Part shown: in pieces, positions 1 through 8,179 of the stretch
How the letters are laid out: every line of letters begins with the position of its first letter
How positions within the stretch are numbered: the stretch's first letter is position 1
From: Flavobacteriales bacterium UBA3364
GTDB lineage: Bacteria; Bacteroidota; Bacteroidia; Flavobacteriales_F; PHOS-HE28
Reading direction: 5' to 3'
Length of the DNA: 64,000 nt
Assembly: GCA_002360495.1 (NCBI GenBank)
Contig: DEQO01000125.1
Span: 8,751 to 72,750, forward strand
The notes under the pieces: generated by a model
What the model was told of the DNA's origin: nothing
Database searches by the model: none
The model's input: only the letters and a program-made list of their open reading frames with translations
Translations under genes and position numbers: made by a program

Positions 1-55
1 CAGCACCCGAAGAAGAAATTCCGACGCAAGAAGTAGCGCGCGGCTTCGAGGCGCA

Positions 56-75
56 GGGTCCTCTTCGAGAGACCC
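56..75. terminator. GC-rich hairpin between a partial upstream + strand ORF (TAG at 34-36) and the convergent ParE gene
   Basis: Inverted repeat GGGTC(c)TCT-tcg-AGAGACCC read directly. No clear T-tract follows. Confidence 0.3.
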
Positions 76-148
76 GGCGCAGGTTTGGAGGACGGAAGAC
101 CCTGCTGTGGTTTAGGCGCAGGTGTGGGGAAGACCCTGTTGTGGTTTA
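76..148. repeat. Imperfect tandem duplication (39-nt unit 76-114, 34-nt unit 115-148)
   Basis: GGCGCAGGT...GGAAGACCCTG(C/T)TGTGGTTTA occurs twice back to back and ends 9 nt before the ParE stop codon. Confidence 0.85.
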
Positions 149-156
149 AATACCAA

Positions 157-447
157 CTACGGTCCGAACTTCTGCTGCGGCTTCCTTCTGGTGTGGCGCA
201 CCTGATAAATGATCACTCGTTGGCCGCTCACCCCGAAGACCACACGATAGGGGAACTTGCGCAGTTTCAAATACCTGTAAGGCGTCTTACGAACTTGAAA
301 GTGCGGGATCGTTCGAAGCGTTGTGTAGGTCTCCACCAGCGCAGCGATGAACCGCTCGCCTAGACCTGGTCGCAGTTCTTCATAATACGTATACACCTCA
401 GCGGCTTGGCGAATGGCCACCGCTTTCACTTCAAGCTCGAAGCTCAT
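157..447 (-). CDS. Type II toxin, RelE/ParE family
   Basis: 96 aa. The C-terminal half (YRYLKLRKFPYRVVFGVSGQRVIIYQVRHTRR) is typical of ParE/RelE toxins. It overlaps the upstream small gene by 4 nt (ATGA). Confidence 0.8.
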   Translation of the reverse strand: MSFELEVKAVAIRQAAEVYTYYEELRPGLGERFIAALVETYTTLRTIPHFQVRKTPYRYLKLRKFPYRVVFGVSGQRVIIYQVRHTRRKPQQKFGP

Positions 448-683
448 CCCTTGAACCCTTCACGGATCATTCGGATGGATTCTTCCGCCGTGAAGGACTT
501 GCTCTTGCCGCTCAAATGATCTGCCCGTTGTGCATCCAACTCGGCGAGCTCCTCCGCCGTGAAGTCGTCATCCACCTCGCCCTCGTCGCGGAGCAGCAGC
601 ATGCGGATCGCTTCCAGTATGCTCATGTTACGCTCTTCGCGCAACAGTTGCATGATCTCGGCCTGTAGGTCTAGTGCACTCAT
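444..683 (-). CDS. Antitoxin / putative addiction-module component
   Basis: 79 aa and acidic. The motif FTAEELAELDAQRADHLSG...ESIRMIRE resembles the addiction-module-component family. It sits immediately upstream of the toxin and is translationally coupled to it. Confidence 0.7.
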   Translation of the reverse strand: MSALDLQAEIMQLLREERNMSILEAIRMLLLRDEGEVDDDFTAEELAELDAQRADHLSGKSKSFTAEESIRMIREGFKG

Positions 684-787
684 GGCTCCACGGATTGGTC
701 TTGTAAAGTTAGGGGATGGCGAACGCTGCGCATAACTGGATCTGCGCGCAGCCTGTGTCTACGCACCAGCAGGCACGCGGGCGCAAG

Positions 788-897
788 GGTAGCCACAGGC
801 TACCATGTTCCTGTTCTCGTCGAGCGTAGCCGCAGGCTACGCTCAGATAGCGGCCACGCTACGCGAAGTTGGTATGCTCATCGTAGGCGATGCTACG
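788..897. repeat. Cluster of four related short hairpins with GTAGC/GCTAC arms
   Basis: Four inverted repeats: 788-804 GGTAGCC-aca-GGCTACC; 822-844 GAGCGTAGCC-gca-GGCTACGCTC; 848-861 TAGCG-gcca-CGCTA; 882-897 CGTAG-gcgatg-CTACG. Confidence 0.65.
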
Positions 898-1111
898 CAC
901 AATCCGAATATCGATATAACTCAGGATTTGAGAGCGCTAACAGCAGCTCATCCTCATCAGTTCCCAGAATCTGATCACGACGAACAAGTTCAACTCGATT
1001 TGCTTCAGTTCGACCTGGTCCGGTCAACAAAGAAGCCATGAATACATCGCCATCAGCCTGCATCTCAACAATAGGAGTTCTTCGCCCATCACTTTCCTGT
1101 ATGTACACCAT
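893..1111 (-). CDS. Hypothetical small protein (72 aa)
   Basis: The ORF lies downstream of the GNAT gene on the same strand and shares its low third-position GC. I recognise no family. A competing + strand ORF at 805-1041 cannot be excluded. Confidence 0.3.
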   Translation of the reverse strand: MVYIQESDGRRTPIVEMQADGDVFMASLLTGPGRTEANRVELVRRDQILGTDEDELLLALSNPELYRYSDCA

Positions 1112-1187
1112 ACGGCAAAGCTAATTCACTCCGAACCTATTCATCATTTGCAGCACCGAATATCGACCGCTCGCCTGCGCAAAGCAA

Positions 1188-1718
1188 TTAAATCAAGTGC
1201 TTAATGAATGTCATCCCGAACTCATGAGACCGGGCCATTTCGAATCCACATTTCTCCAATACACGTTCACTTGAACGATTACCATGCTTGACATAGCAGC
1301 TCGCAACATTCATCCTTTCCTCACGCATTCTCTGCAAAGTCATTCCAAGCGCGATTGGCATAATGCCTAATCCTCGACACCATTCAGCCAGCCCAAATCC
1401 TATCAAATAATTCATGCCAGATAAGTCACGATCGATCCCGCTAGTTTCCGTATGCGAAATGAATCCAACCAGCCTACTATTCTCATCGTTCCAAACAGTG
1501 TTTTGAGGAAGCCAGTCTTTCTCGGTGACGCGAATCAGCCTCATGAAGGAAGGCCATACACTATCAGCTTGGGTCTCCCAGTAGTCCATTTCTGCTTCGG
1601 AGTCGTCGCTTGTGTAATTCCTGAAGTTGCTGAATTCTCTTTGAAGATCGTCTTCCGAGATCAGCTTGTAAAAGGCTGCTGAATCTGTGTTAATGGGATA
1701 GGTGAGCAATATTTTCAT
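1188..1718 (-). CDS. GNAT family N-acetyltransferase (RimJ/RimL-like)
   Basis: 176 aa. The C-terminal motif is NVASCYVKHGNRSSERVLEKCGFEM. The region is visibly AT-richer than its flanks. Confidence 0.8.
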   Translation of the reverse strand: MKILLTYPINTDSAAFYKLISEDDLQREFSNFRNYTSDDSEAEMDYWETQADSVWPSFMRLIRVTEKDWLPQNTVWNDENSRLVGFISHTETSGIDRDLSGMNYLIGFGLAEWCRGLGIMPIALGMTLQRMREERMNVASCYVKHGNRSSERVLEKCGFEMARSHEFGMTFIKHLI

Positions 1719-1756
1719 CGAGTATCAATATAGTGTAGGATTCGTTGAAACAAACG

Positions 1757-1782
1757 ACAGGGCCCACTTTCGTGAGCCCTGT
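1757..1782 (-). terminator. Hairpin downstream of nrdA
   Basis: ACAGGGCcCAC-tttc-GTGaGCCCTGT lies 28 nt past the nrdA stop. On the minus strand it is followed by a CGTTTGTTTC T-rich stretch. Confidence 0.5.
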
Positions 1783-1809
1783 GCCATGTTTCATCTTTCG
1801 GGTCGACTC

Positions 1810-4245
1810 CTACCCCGAGCACATCTCGCACCCCTCTGGATCATCCAGCGAGCAGGTGATCTGCGCTTGGGCTTCTTCTTCGGCGGTCATGGCTTTCAGT
1901 ACGGGGCCGCTCATCACCACTTCGCGAACGGTCTCCACCTCGCGCATCTCCTTGCTGGCCTTGGCCACGCTCGGTTCGGCCAATTTGCTCTTGTCCACCG
2001 TGAACTTGATGGCGTCTGTGGCGGCCTTGGTGCGCAGGTAGTACATGCCGGTCTTCAGGCCCGCCTTCCAGGCATAGAAGTGCATGCTGGTGAGCTTGCC
2101 GAAGTTGGCGTTCTCCATGAAGATGTTGAGGCTCTGGCTCTGGCAGATGAAGGCACCCCGGTCCGCGGCCATGTCGATGATCACCTTCTGGCTGATCTCC
2201 CATGCGGTCTTGTAGAGGTCCTTCAGGTTCTGCGGGATCTCCGGGATATGCTGCACGCTGCCGTTGGCGGCGATGATCTTGTTCTTGAGGTCTTCTCCCC
2301 AGAGGCCCAGTTTCACCAGGTCGCGCAGCAGGTATTTGTTCACCACCACGAACTCGCCGCTCAAAACACGGCGCGTGTAGATGTTGCTGGTGTACGGCTC
2401 GAAGCACTCGTTGTTGCCGAGGATCTGCGCGGTGCTGGCGGTGGGCATCGGGGCCAGCAACAGGCTGTTGCGCACACCATGCTTCTTGATCTCCTCGCGC
2501 AGCGTATCCCACTCCCAACGGTCGCTGGGTTTCACGCCCCACATGTCGAATTGCAACACGCCTTCGCTCACGGGGCTGCCTTCGTAGCTCTCGTAGGCGC
2601 CTTCCTCGATCGCGAGGTCCTTGCTGGCGGTGAGGGCCGCGTAGTAGATGGTCTCGAACACTTCGCGGTTCAGCACTTTCGCTTCGACACTGTCGAACGG
2701 ATAGCGCATCAGGATGAAAGCATCCGCCAGGCCTTGCACACCGATGCCGATGGGGCGGTGGCGCATATTGCTGCGGCGCGCCTCGGGGATCGGGTAGTAG
2801 TTCTGGTCGATGACGCGGTTGAGGTTCTTCGCCAGCTCGTAGGTGACGGCGAAGAGCTTGTCGTGATCGAACTTGCCCTTCTCCACGAACTTGGGAAGCG
2901 CGATGGAGCCGAGGTTGCACACGGCCACCTCATCGGGGCTGGTGTACTCGATGATCTCCGTGCAGAGGTTGCTGCTCTTGATCGTGCCCAGGTTCTGCTG
3001 GTTGCTCTTGCCGTTGGCCGCGTCCTTGAAGAGGATGTACGGCGTGCCGGTCTCGATCTGGCTTTCCAGGATCTTGAACCAGAGGTCCTGCGCCTTGATG
3101 GTGCTGCGGCCCTTGCCTGCGGCCTCGTAGCCTTCGTACAGCTCTTCGAACCTGGCACCGTGCGTGTCCGACAGGCCGGGGCACTCGTTGGGGCACATCA
3201 GGGTCCACTCGCCGCCCATCTCCACACGCTTCATGAAGAGATCGGGGATCCACATGGCATAGAACAGATCGCGTGCGCGCATCTCTTCCTTGCCATGGTT
3301 CTTCTTCAGCTCCAGGAAGTCGAATACATCGGCGTGCCACGGCTCCAGGTACATGGCGAAACTGCCTTTGCGCTTTCCGCCGCCCTGGTCCACATAACGG
3401 GCCGTATCGTTGAACACACGCAGCATGGGTACGATGCCGTTGCTGGTGCCGTTGGTGCCCTTGATGTAGCTGCCCTTCGCGCGCAGGTTGTGCACGCTCA
3501 GGCCGATGCCCCCGGCGCTCTGGCTGATCTGTGCGCACTGCTTCAGCGTGTCGTAGATGCCGTTGATGCTGTCGTCCTTCAGTTGCAGGAGGAAACAGCT
3601 GCTCATCTGCGGCTTCGGTGTGCCGGCGTTGAAGAGCGTGGGTGTGGCGTGGGTGTACCAGCCTTCGCTCAAGGAGTTGTAGGTGGCGATGGCGCTCTCG
3701 ATGTCGTTCTTGTGGATGCCCACGGCCACACGCATCAGCATGTGTTGCGGACGTTCCACCACCTGGCCGTGCAGGCGCAGGAGGTAGCTGCGCTCCAGGG
3801 TCTTGAAGCCGAAGAAGTCATAGCTGAAGTCACGGTCGTAGATGATCGCGCTGTCCAGCACATCGGCGTTGTCGGCGATGATCTTGTGGACATCATCTGC
3901 GATCAGTGCGGCTTTCGCACCGGTCTTCGGGTCGATATAGGTGTAGAGGTCCTTCATGGTCTCGCTGAAGGACTTCTTGGTGTTCTTGTGCAGGTTGCTC
4001 ACGGCGATGCGGCTCGCGAGCTGCGCGTAGTCCGGGTGCTTCACCGTCATGGTGGCGGCCACCTCGGCGGTCAAATTGTCCAACTGCGAAGTGGTGACAC
4101 CGTCGAAGATGCCGTCGATCACCTTCAAGGTGACCTGGGTTGCGTCCACGATGGGATCGAGCTCGTAGCAGAGCTTCTTCACACGGGCGGTGATCTTGTC
4201 GAACTTCACAGCCTCCCGGCGTCCGTCGCGCTTTACTACATACAT
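1810..4245 (-). CDS. nrdA: Ribonucleoside-diphosphate reductase, class Ia large subunit
   Basis: 811 aa. It has an N-terminal ATP-cone ([22 protein letters not shown]), the active-site region NLCTEI, and a C-terminal Cys pair (CEMCSG). Confidence 0.97.
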   Translation of the reverse strand: MYVVKRDGRREAVKFDKITARVKKLCYELDPIVDATQVTLKVIDGIFDGVTTSQLDNLTAEVAATMTVKHPDYAQLASRIAVSNLHKNTKKSFSETMKDLYTYIDPKTGAKAALIADDVHKIIADNADVLDSAIIYDRDFSYDFFGFKTLERSYLLRLHGQVVERPQHMLMRVAVGIHKNDIESAIATYNSLSEGWYTHATPTLFNAGTPKPQMSSCFLLQLKDDSINGIYDTLKQCAQISQSAGGIGLSVHNLRAKGSYIKGTNGTSNGIVPMLRVFNDTARYVDQGGGKRKGSFAMYLEPWHADVFDFLELKKNHGKEEMRARDLFYAMWIPDLFMKRVEMGGEWTLMCPNECPGLSDTHGARFEELYEGYEAAGKGRSTIKAQDLWFKILESQIETGTPYILFKDAANGKSNQQNLGTIKSSNLCTEIIEYTSPDEVAVCNLGSIALPKFVEKGKFDHDKLFAVTYELAKNLNRVIDQNYYPIPEARRSNMRHRPIGIGVQGLADAFILMRYPFDSVEAKVLNREVFETIYYAALTASKDLAIEEGAYESYEGSPVSEGVLQFDMWGVKPSDRWEWDTLREEIKKHGVRNSLLLAPMPTASTAQILGNNECFEPYTSNIYTRRVLSGEFVVVNKYLLRDLVKLGLWGEDLKNKIIAANGSVQHIPEIPQNLKDLYKTAWEISQKVIIDMAADRGAFICQSQSLNIFMENANFGKLTSMHFYAWKAGLKTGMYYLRTKAATDAIKFTVDKSKLAEPSVAKASKEMREVETVREVVMSGPVLKAMTAEEEAQAQITCSLDDPEGCEMCSG

Positions 4246-4497
4246 GCTTTTCTGTGGGTGTTGGAAGAGCCCCTCTCAATAGCTCCCGCTGCTGGGAGGG
4301 GGGTGGGGTGAGTGTTTTTCGATCTCCCCGGTAGCGTTCTACCGGTTCGGAAAGTTGGTCTTGGTCGTCGGTCTTTTGGCAGGCCTTTCCCGGGGGATAT
4401 TCAACCGGTCGATGTTGGTTGTCCGATGTCGGCTTTCATTGCCGATATTCCGTGCGAGGGCACTCCCACGGGACATCGGACGATCCGCCGGCAGCGA

Positions 4498-5535
4498 TCA
4501 GAAATCCGCGTCCAGCGTGAACTTGCTCTGTTCCTTGTCCTGGTTCATCACGCCGGCCTTCTGGTATTCGCCCACGCGCTTCTCGAAGAAGTTGGTCTTG
4601 CCCTGCAGCGAGATCATCTCCATGAAGTCGAACGGATTGGTGGCGTTGTACACCTTCTCGTTGCCGAGCTCCATGAGGAGACGGTCGGCCACGAACTCGA
4701 TGTACTGCTGCATCAACTTGGCGTTCATACCGATCAGGTTCACGGGCAGTGAATCGCTCACGAACTCCTTCTCGATCTCGACCGCGTCCATGATGATGCG
4801 TTCCACGGTCTTCTTGCTCAGCTTGTTCAGCAAGTGCTTGGTGTAGAGCAGACAGGCGAAATCGCAATGCAGGCCCTCGTCACGGCTGATCAGTTCGTTG
4901 CTGAAGGTGAGACCCGGCATCAGGCCGCGCTTCTTCAACCAGAAGATGCTGCAGAAACTGCCGCTGAAGAAGATGCCCTCCACCGCCGCGAAAGCAACAA
5001 GGCGTTCGGCAAAGCTGCCCTTGTCTATCCAGCGCAGGGCCCAGTCGGCCTTTTTCCTCACACATTCCATCGTGTCGATGGCGTGGAAGAGCTTGTCCTT
5101 CTCGATCGGGTCCTTGATCAAGGTGTCGATCAGCAGGCTGTAGGTCTCACTGTGGATGTTCTCGACCGCGATCTGGAAGCCGTAGAAGAAACGGGCTTCG
5201 GTGTATTGCACCTCGTGCAGGAAGTTCTCCGCGAGGTTCTCGTTCACGATGCCGTCGCTGGCGGCGAAGAAGGCGAGCACGTGCTTGATGAAGAAGCGCT
5301 CGTCATCGTTCAGCTTGTCGGCCCAGTCCACGAGGTCGGCGTGCAGGTCTATCTCCTCGGCGGTCCAGAAGCTGGCCTCGTGCTTTTTGTAGTACTGCCA
5401 GATATCGTTGTGCTGGATCGGGAAAATGACGAAGCGGTCCTTGTTCTCTTTCAAGAGCGGCTCATTGGCTGCTTCGATGTCCGCAGGAAGCAATGATTCC
5501 ATGCTGATCTGTGTTTCCTTGCTCTTGGTGCTCAT
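4498..5535 (-). CDS. nrdB: Ribonucleoside-diphosphate reductase, small (beta) subunit
   Basis: 345 aa with di-iron/tyrosyl radical motifs ([31 protein letters not shown]). Confidence 0.97.
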   Translation of the reverse strand: MSTKSKETQISMESLLPADIEAANEPLLKENKDRFVIFPIQHNDIWQYYKKHEASFWTAEEIDLHADLVDWADKLNDDERFFIKHVLAFFAASDGIVNENLAENFLHEVQYTEARFFYGFQIAVENIHSETYSLLIDTLIKDPIEKDKLFHAIDTMECVRKKADWALRWIDKGSFAERLVAFAAVEGIFFSGSFCSIFWLKKRGLMPGLTFSNELISRDEGLHCDFACLLYTKHLLNKLSKKTVERIIMDAVEIEKEFVSDSLPVNLIGMNAKLMQQYIEFVADRLLMELGNEKVYNATNPFDFMEMISLQGKTNFFEKRVGEYQKAGVMNQDKEQSKFTLDADF

Positions 5536-5976
5536 GTCTGATTCCTTCAGGTATGGGGACGACTATTCCAGCGGGGGAAGGCCCCCATTTTTATGACTTC
5601 TCGGGCTTGTGGTTGGTTCCGAAGACGCCGTGGACACGTCGTCGTCGGGATACAAAAGTGGATCGACCGTCGGCCTCCGACAAGAGGTAAAGGACCCATA
5701 GTTCCCGGAGTTTTCAACACGGCCCGGTTCCCCGCGACTGACGCGCAAGGGATCGCGCGAGCACACATCCAAGAGATTTCTTTTCACGATCGGTTAACAA
5801 AGCGGGATCGCAGTACTGTAGGGCCTTGGCCAAGGGTTGACCGCAACGAACGCACGACGAATGCGCATTCCCGGAACGTGCCGGGCGTACATCGCGCGAT
5901 GGTCGCGTACATCACAAGGGAGGATCATCAATACCCCCCCCCCGACCGCACCTGGAACGACCCGTCACGCGTGCGA

Positions 5977-6576
5977 TCAAGAACGCCCTTGTTTCTTCCG
6001 CTGGGGCATCTCCTGCCACGCCGCATACACCTCCTCCAACCCGGCGTACCATTCAGCACCGTATTGCCGGATCAGTGCATCCTTCAGAAAACGGAATACC
6101 GGTACATCGAGCCTGGCTCCGCAGGTACACGCCGGCTTGCAGATGGGCCATTTGTGGTAGTTGAGGCCGTCGTGTTCGGCAAGCTTCACCACGCGGATCG
6201 GATACAGGTGGCAGCTGATCGGCTTGCGGAACGGGACCGCACCATCCTTCCACGCCTTCTCGATCCCGCACAATGCGATGCCGTTCTCGAAGATGGTGAA
6301 CGCACATTCCTCCCTCCCCTCCACGAGCGTGGTCACCAGATCACCATCGCTGTCCACCTCGCTCACGCCATGCTCCTCGATCGCACGCTGACCCTTCTCG
6401 GGGATATAGGGTTTGATCTTCGGCCACAGCTTCTTCAGGAGTGCAGCCTCATCCTTCTCCAACGGCGCGCCGCTCTCCCCCGCCACGCAACAAGCGCCTT
6501 TGCACGCGTTCAGGTCGCAGACGAAGCGTTTCTCGAAGAGGTCTTCGCTGATGAGCGTGCCGCTGTGTTCGATCAC
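5977..6576 (-). CDS. DUF3109-family Cys-rich protein
   Basis: 199 aa. FVCDLNACKGACCVAGESGAPL plus later Cys clusters match my memory of Bacteroidota DUF3109 proteins. Confidence 0.75.
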   Translation of the reverse strand: MIEHSGTLISEDLFEKRFVCDLNACKGACCVAGESGAPLEKDEAALLKKLWPKIKPYIPEKGQRAIEEHGVSEVDSDGDLVTTLVEGREECAFTIFENGIALCGIEKAWKDGAVPFRKPISCHLYPIRVVKLAEHDGLNYHKWPICKPACTCGARLDVPVFRFLKDALIRQYGAEWYAGLEEVYAAWQEMPQRKKQGRS

Positions 6577-7156
6577 GGTGCGAAGCTAGTCCCAAGCAGT
6601 CCCAGTTTCCACTGGAGCGTCGCAAGTCTCCCATGAAGTCCAGCGACCACGCATCATCGGAAGGTCCTGGGGGCTATCCCGACCATCAACCTTCTCCATC
6701 CTTGCACCTCGCGCCATCAGAGGTTTCCAAGGCGACCGCGAAACACCATGATCCACTCACCGAATGGATGGCCACACTGTAGCCTTTCTGGTCTCGGCGC
6801 TTGGACAACGGCGAAACGTATCTCTATGGGCCGTACATAGGCTTTGTCGACTCCAATGGGCTTCATCCGGAGCAGTGTTTTCCATCCAGGATGATCATGC
6901 CGGATGTGGGTGTTCCCGAAAACGGTACTGACCAGTTCACTTTGGAGTCATAGCCATACCCCGGCATGGAGACTTTGTCCGTAAATTGGACGGAGGAAAT
7001 TCGCTCGGGTACACTAACGGTGCGAGTTGCCTTCGGTCGTTACCTGATAAGGGAGTCGATCTACGGTTGATGTAGGACACTAGATGTCCTGGATCTGGCG
7101 GCAGGTAGCTATTCCCTCGAATCAATGGATAGCGGCACTAAGCGCCGTACGGGCAA

Positions 7157-8068
7157 ATGGCTAGGACTATGAGGATTCCAACAGCGGTCATCGTGGTCAT
7201 GCTGTCCATGACAACGACAGCACAGCAGTGGGCACCGATCGGTGCAACGTGGCACTATCCGTGGACCATCAATAGCGGACCTCCAAATCCTCCCATCAGT
7301 GGTTACCACCTTTATGAATCGCTCCTGGATACGTTCATTAACGGTCAAGCTACCCGTAAGGTGGATTCACCTTTTGCCACGAACGATGGTCCGTTCTACA
7401 CGCATGACGTTGAAGGCTTGATCTTCATCTATGTGCCTTCGAGCGACTCCTTCGATACCCTCTTCAACTTCAACGCTGTACCGGGCGATCGATGGTCGTT
7501 CGTGCCTTTACCTTTCCCGCTAGCCTGCAGCGATGAAAGCTGGGTGGAGGTCGTAGATACGGGCCGAACAGTGGTAGATGGTCTGTCGCTCCGTTGGCTG
7601 GCCGTTGATAACCACAATATCTTGGAAGACTTCGAATACGTGGTACCAGATACGATCATCGAACGGCTTGGCCCGAAGAATTCCTTTCTGCTTCCGCATG
7701 AGCATTGCAACACCGCAGTGAGCCCAGGGTTGATCGGTGGACTACTATGCTACGAGGATGCTGACATCAACTACATGCGACCCGGCATAACGGATTGTAC
7801 TTTGGGCATGGGTATCACCAACCGTTCCAGCCCTATCGTTTTGGAACTCTTCCCGAATCCGGGAATCGATGGTTTCGACTTGATCTTGCCTATACGTGCA
7901 CAAGGAATGACCACGGTCTATGATGCACGAGGCGCGACCGTTCTGGGGCCACTATCCGGTATCAGTGCAACTCACGTGGACGCCACCACATGGCCGACCG
8001 GCTTGTACACCGTGCGCTTCACGCCGGTCATTGGCCCGGCCAGCGCTGTAACTTGGATGAAGTGGTGA
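7157..8068 (+). CDS. Secreted protein with T9SS type A C-terminal sorting domain
   Basis: Signal peptide MARTMRIPTAVIVVMLSMTTTAQQ. The C-terminus is LELFPNPG...VYDARGATV...WPTGLYTVRF. Confidence 0.8.
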   Translation: MARTMRIPTAVIVVMLSMTTTAQQWAPIGATWHYPWTINSGPPNPPISGYHLYESLLDTFINGQATRKVDSPFATNDGPFYTHDVEGLIFIYVPSSDSFDTLFNFNAVPGDRWSFVPLPFPLACSDESWVEVVDTGRTVVDGLSLRWLAVDNHNILEDFEYVVPDTIIERLGPKNSFLLPHEHCNTAVSPGLIGGLLCYEDADINYMRPGITDCTLGMGITNRSSPIVLELFPNPGIDGFDLILPIRAQGMTTVYDARGATVLGPLSGISATHVDATTWPTGLYTVRFTPVIGPASAVTWMKW

Positions 8069-8077
8069 TCTGCTTAG

Positions 8078-8104
8078 GATAGGGACGTTTGGGCCTTCCC
8101 TATC
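8078..8104 (+). terminator. Hairpin after the T9SS cargo gene
   Basis: GATAGGGA-cgtttgggcct-TCCCTATC lies 10 nt after the stop. There is no strong T-tract. Confidence 0.4.
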
Positions 8105-8179
8105 GCTGGTGGAAAAGATCGATACGGTGCATCTTTGCGCCCGCGACGCTGAAGGTTTCCAGAGCGTTCGCCCACCATT

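Noticed and set aside
805-1041. 78-aa + strand ORF across the hairpin cluster.
   Set aside because: It starts inside the palindromic repeats, has no recognisable features, and competes with the minus-strand ORF, which shares codon usage with the adjacent GNAT gene. Neither ORF is certain.
4294-4308. G-rich run GGGAGGGGGGTGGGG as a G-quadruplex.
   Set aside because: The run cannot supply four G3 tracts with loops of at least 1 nt. It also lies on the non-template side, so the nrd mRNA is C-rich there.
1702-4311. 869-aa + strand ORF covering the whole nrdA locus. Similar long antisense ORFs are 7952-9220, 12267-13955, 18489-19949, 20583-21545, 29706-31325, 33672-34718, 35717-37573, 37628-38911, 39170-40378, 45100-47076 and 49923-50906.
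   Set aside because: Each lies antisense to a gene with an unmistakable product. Their translations are Ala/Gly/Arg/His/Val-rich with no recognisable motifs. Long stop-free antisense frames are expected in GC-rich DNA.
5536-5976. Cobalamin riboswitch in the nrdB leader. B12 control of class Ia RNR is known in some bacteria.
   Set aside because: On the mRNA strand I found only a weak resemblance (GGGGAACCGGG...GAAAACTCCGGG). I could not find the conserved GCCACTG/B12-box core or the GCnGnCCCGC segment. A covariance-model scan would be needed, so I do not call it.
5593-6636. 347-aa + strand ORF spanning the nrd leader and the DUF3109 gene.
   Set aside because: Its 3' two-thirds are antisense to the well-supported DUF3109 gene. 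Its 5' part has an Arg/Pro-rich, non-protein-like composition.
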